This document shows, piece after piece, positions 63,339 to 64,000 of a stretch of 64,000 nt of DNA. Location: NCBI RefSeq assembly GCF_002087085.1, contig NZ_MWQY01000006.1, positions 1 through 64,000 on the forward strand. The letters run 5' to 3'. A program made the translations under genes and the position numbers. How positions within the stretch are numbered: position 1 is the stretch's first letter; every line of letters begins with the position of its first letter. The notes beneath the pieces were generated by a model that searched no databases, was not told the DNA's origin, and was given only the letters and a program-made list of their open reading frames with translations.

Positions 63339-64000
63339 TTATAGCATATAATCCGGATCCCGTATTACCGCGTTCTCCTGGTTGATGCTCAGGATTCTCT
63401 CCAGGTATTCGGGGCTTATGTACTGCGCCTCGTATTCCACCCCCTCGCGGTCGAGCTGCCGCAGGAAGGAGCGCAGATGGTTCCTCGAACCTTTCATCAG
63501 GTTCTGGTACAGGATGCTGATATCATCGTTGTCCGTCAGCTCCAGGTTCTGCTGCAGATCATGAATGTCCAGGTCCTCGATGAGGGCCCCGACCTTCAGG
63601 GCATCCACCACTGAGGTCTTTCCCCTGGCAGTGAGGTCCGCATACAGACTGACGAGGCCGCTGTCTTCGTACACCCCGGCATCACCTGTTCCGGCTTTTT
63701 CGAGACCGTAGGCATCCAGGAGCATTCCCACGGACTCCATGTGTTGCTCTTCACTCATGGCGATATTGCGAAAAACAGGAAGGTTCCAGGTTTCGTAGAG
63801 TTCCTGGTATACGTCCCTGGCGAGTTTCTCCTCCTCCCACATGAACAGCAGTCCTTCCGCCTCCTGCTGTGACAGACTGCCCGTATCTGCATCCGCCAGA
63901 ACAGACTTCAGGTCATCGGTAAAGCGGGAATCGAAACCGTAGCTCCCCCCCTGCCCTCCGGCGGCAGCCCTGCCGGGTCCGTTCCCGCGTCCCGGAACAG
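63339..64000 (-). CDS. DUF2202 ferritin-like domain protein, 5' end outside the window
   Basis: EEEKLARDVY, SEEQH, IEDLDI, GSRNHLRSF; reading frame open to the window edge through a Gly-rich linker. Confidence 0.85.
   Translation of the reverse strand, partial: VPGRGNGPGRAAAGGQGGSYGFDSRFTDDLKSVLADADTGSLSQQEAEGLLFMWEEEKLARDVYQELYETWNLPVFRNIAMSEEQHMESVGMLLDAYGLEKAGTGDAGVYEDSGLVSLYADLTARGKTSVVDALKVGALIEDLDIHDLQQNLELTDNDDISILYQNLMKGSRNHLRSFLRQLDREGVEYEAQYISPEYLERILSINQENAVIRDPDYML

Overview
A gene-dense bacterial chromosomal window with about 55 protein-coding genes. The origin is probably a free-living spirochaete, inferred from the solute-binding-protein leaders and long MCPs and not verified. 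I found no rRNA, tRNA, CRISPR array, transposase, integrase or phage genes. From left to right it contains: a short REP-like palindromic repeat; an AT-rich MCP-cheW pair; a clan GH-J glycosidase with a sugar ABC transporter and a NarL-type two-component system; a signalling patch including a frameshifted membrane GGDEF gene; a PLP enzyme/DUF1611/dipeptide-epimerase operon; mutM; an NlpC/P60-MORN protein; two more MCPs; soluble and membrane pyrophosphatases; a TRAP, fused E1alpha-beta, E2, SDR and Ldh_2 catabolic locus without E3; an arylsulfate sulfotransferase; a NitT/TauT-type ABC transporter; MATE and ZIP transporters; and a pectin-oligomer locus (GH105, kduI, IclR/KdgR-type regulator). The best candidate for an undescribed system is the pectin ABC operon. 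It has four tightly coupled small membrane proteins of unknown function inside it, a MATE plus membrane-protein pair directly downstream, and a recurring TTTCAYnnnRTGAAA operator. The E3-less 2-oxoacid dehydrogenase/TRAP locus and the PLP-DUF1611-epimerase operon are the next candidates. All functional calls come from motif recognition by eye; no database searches were run.
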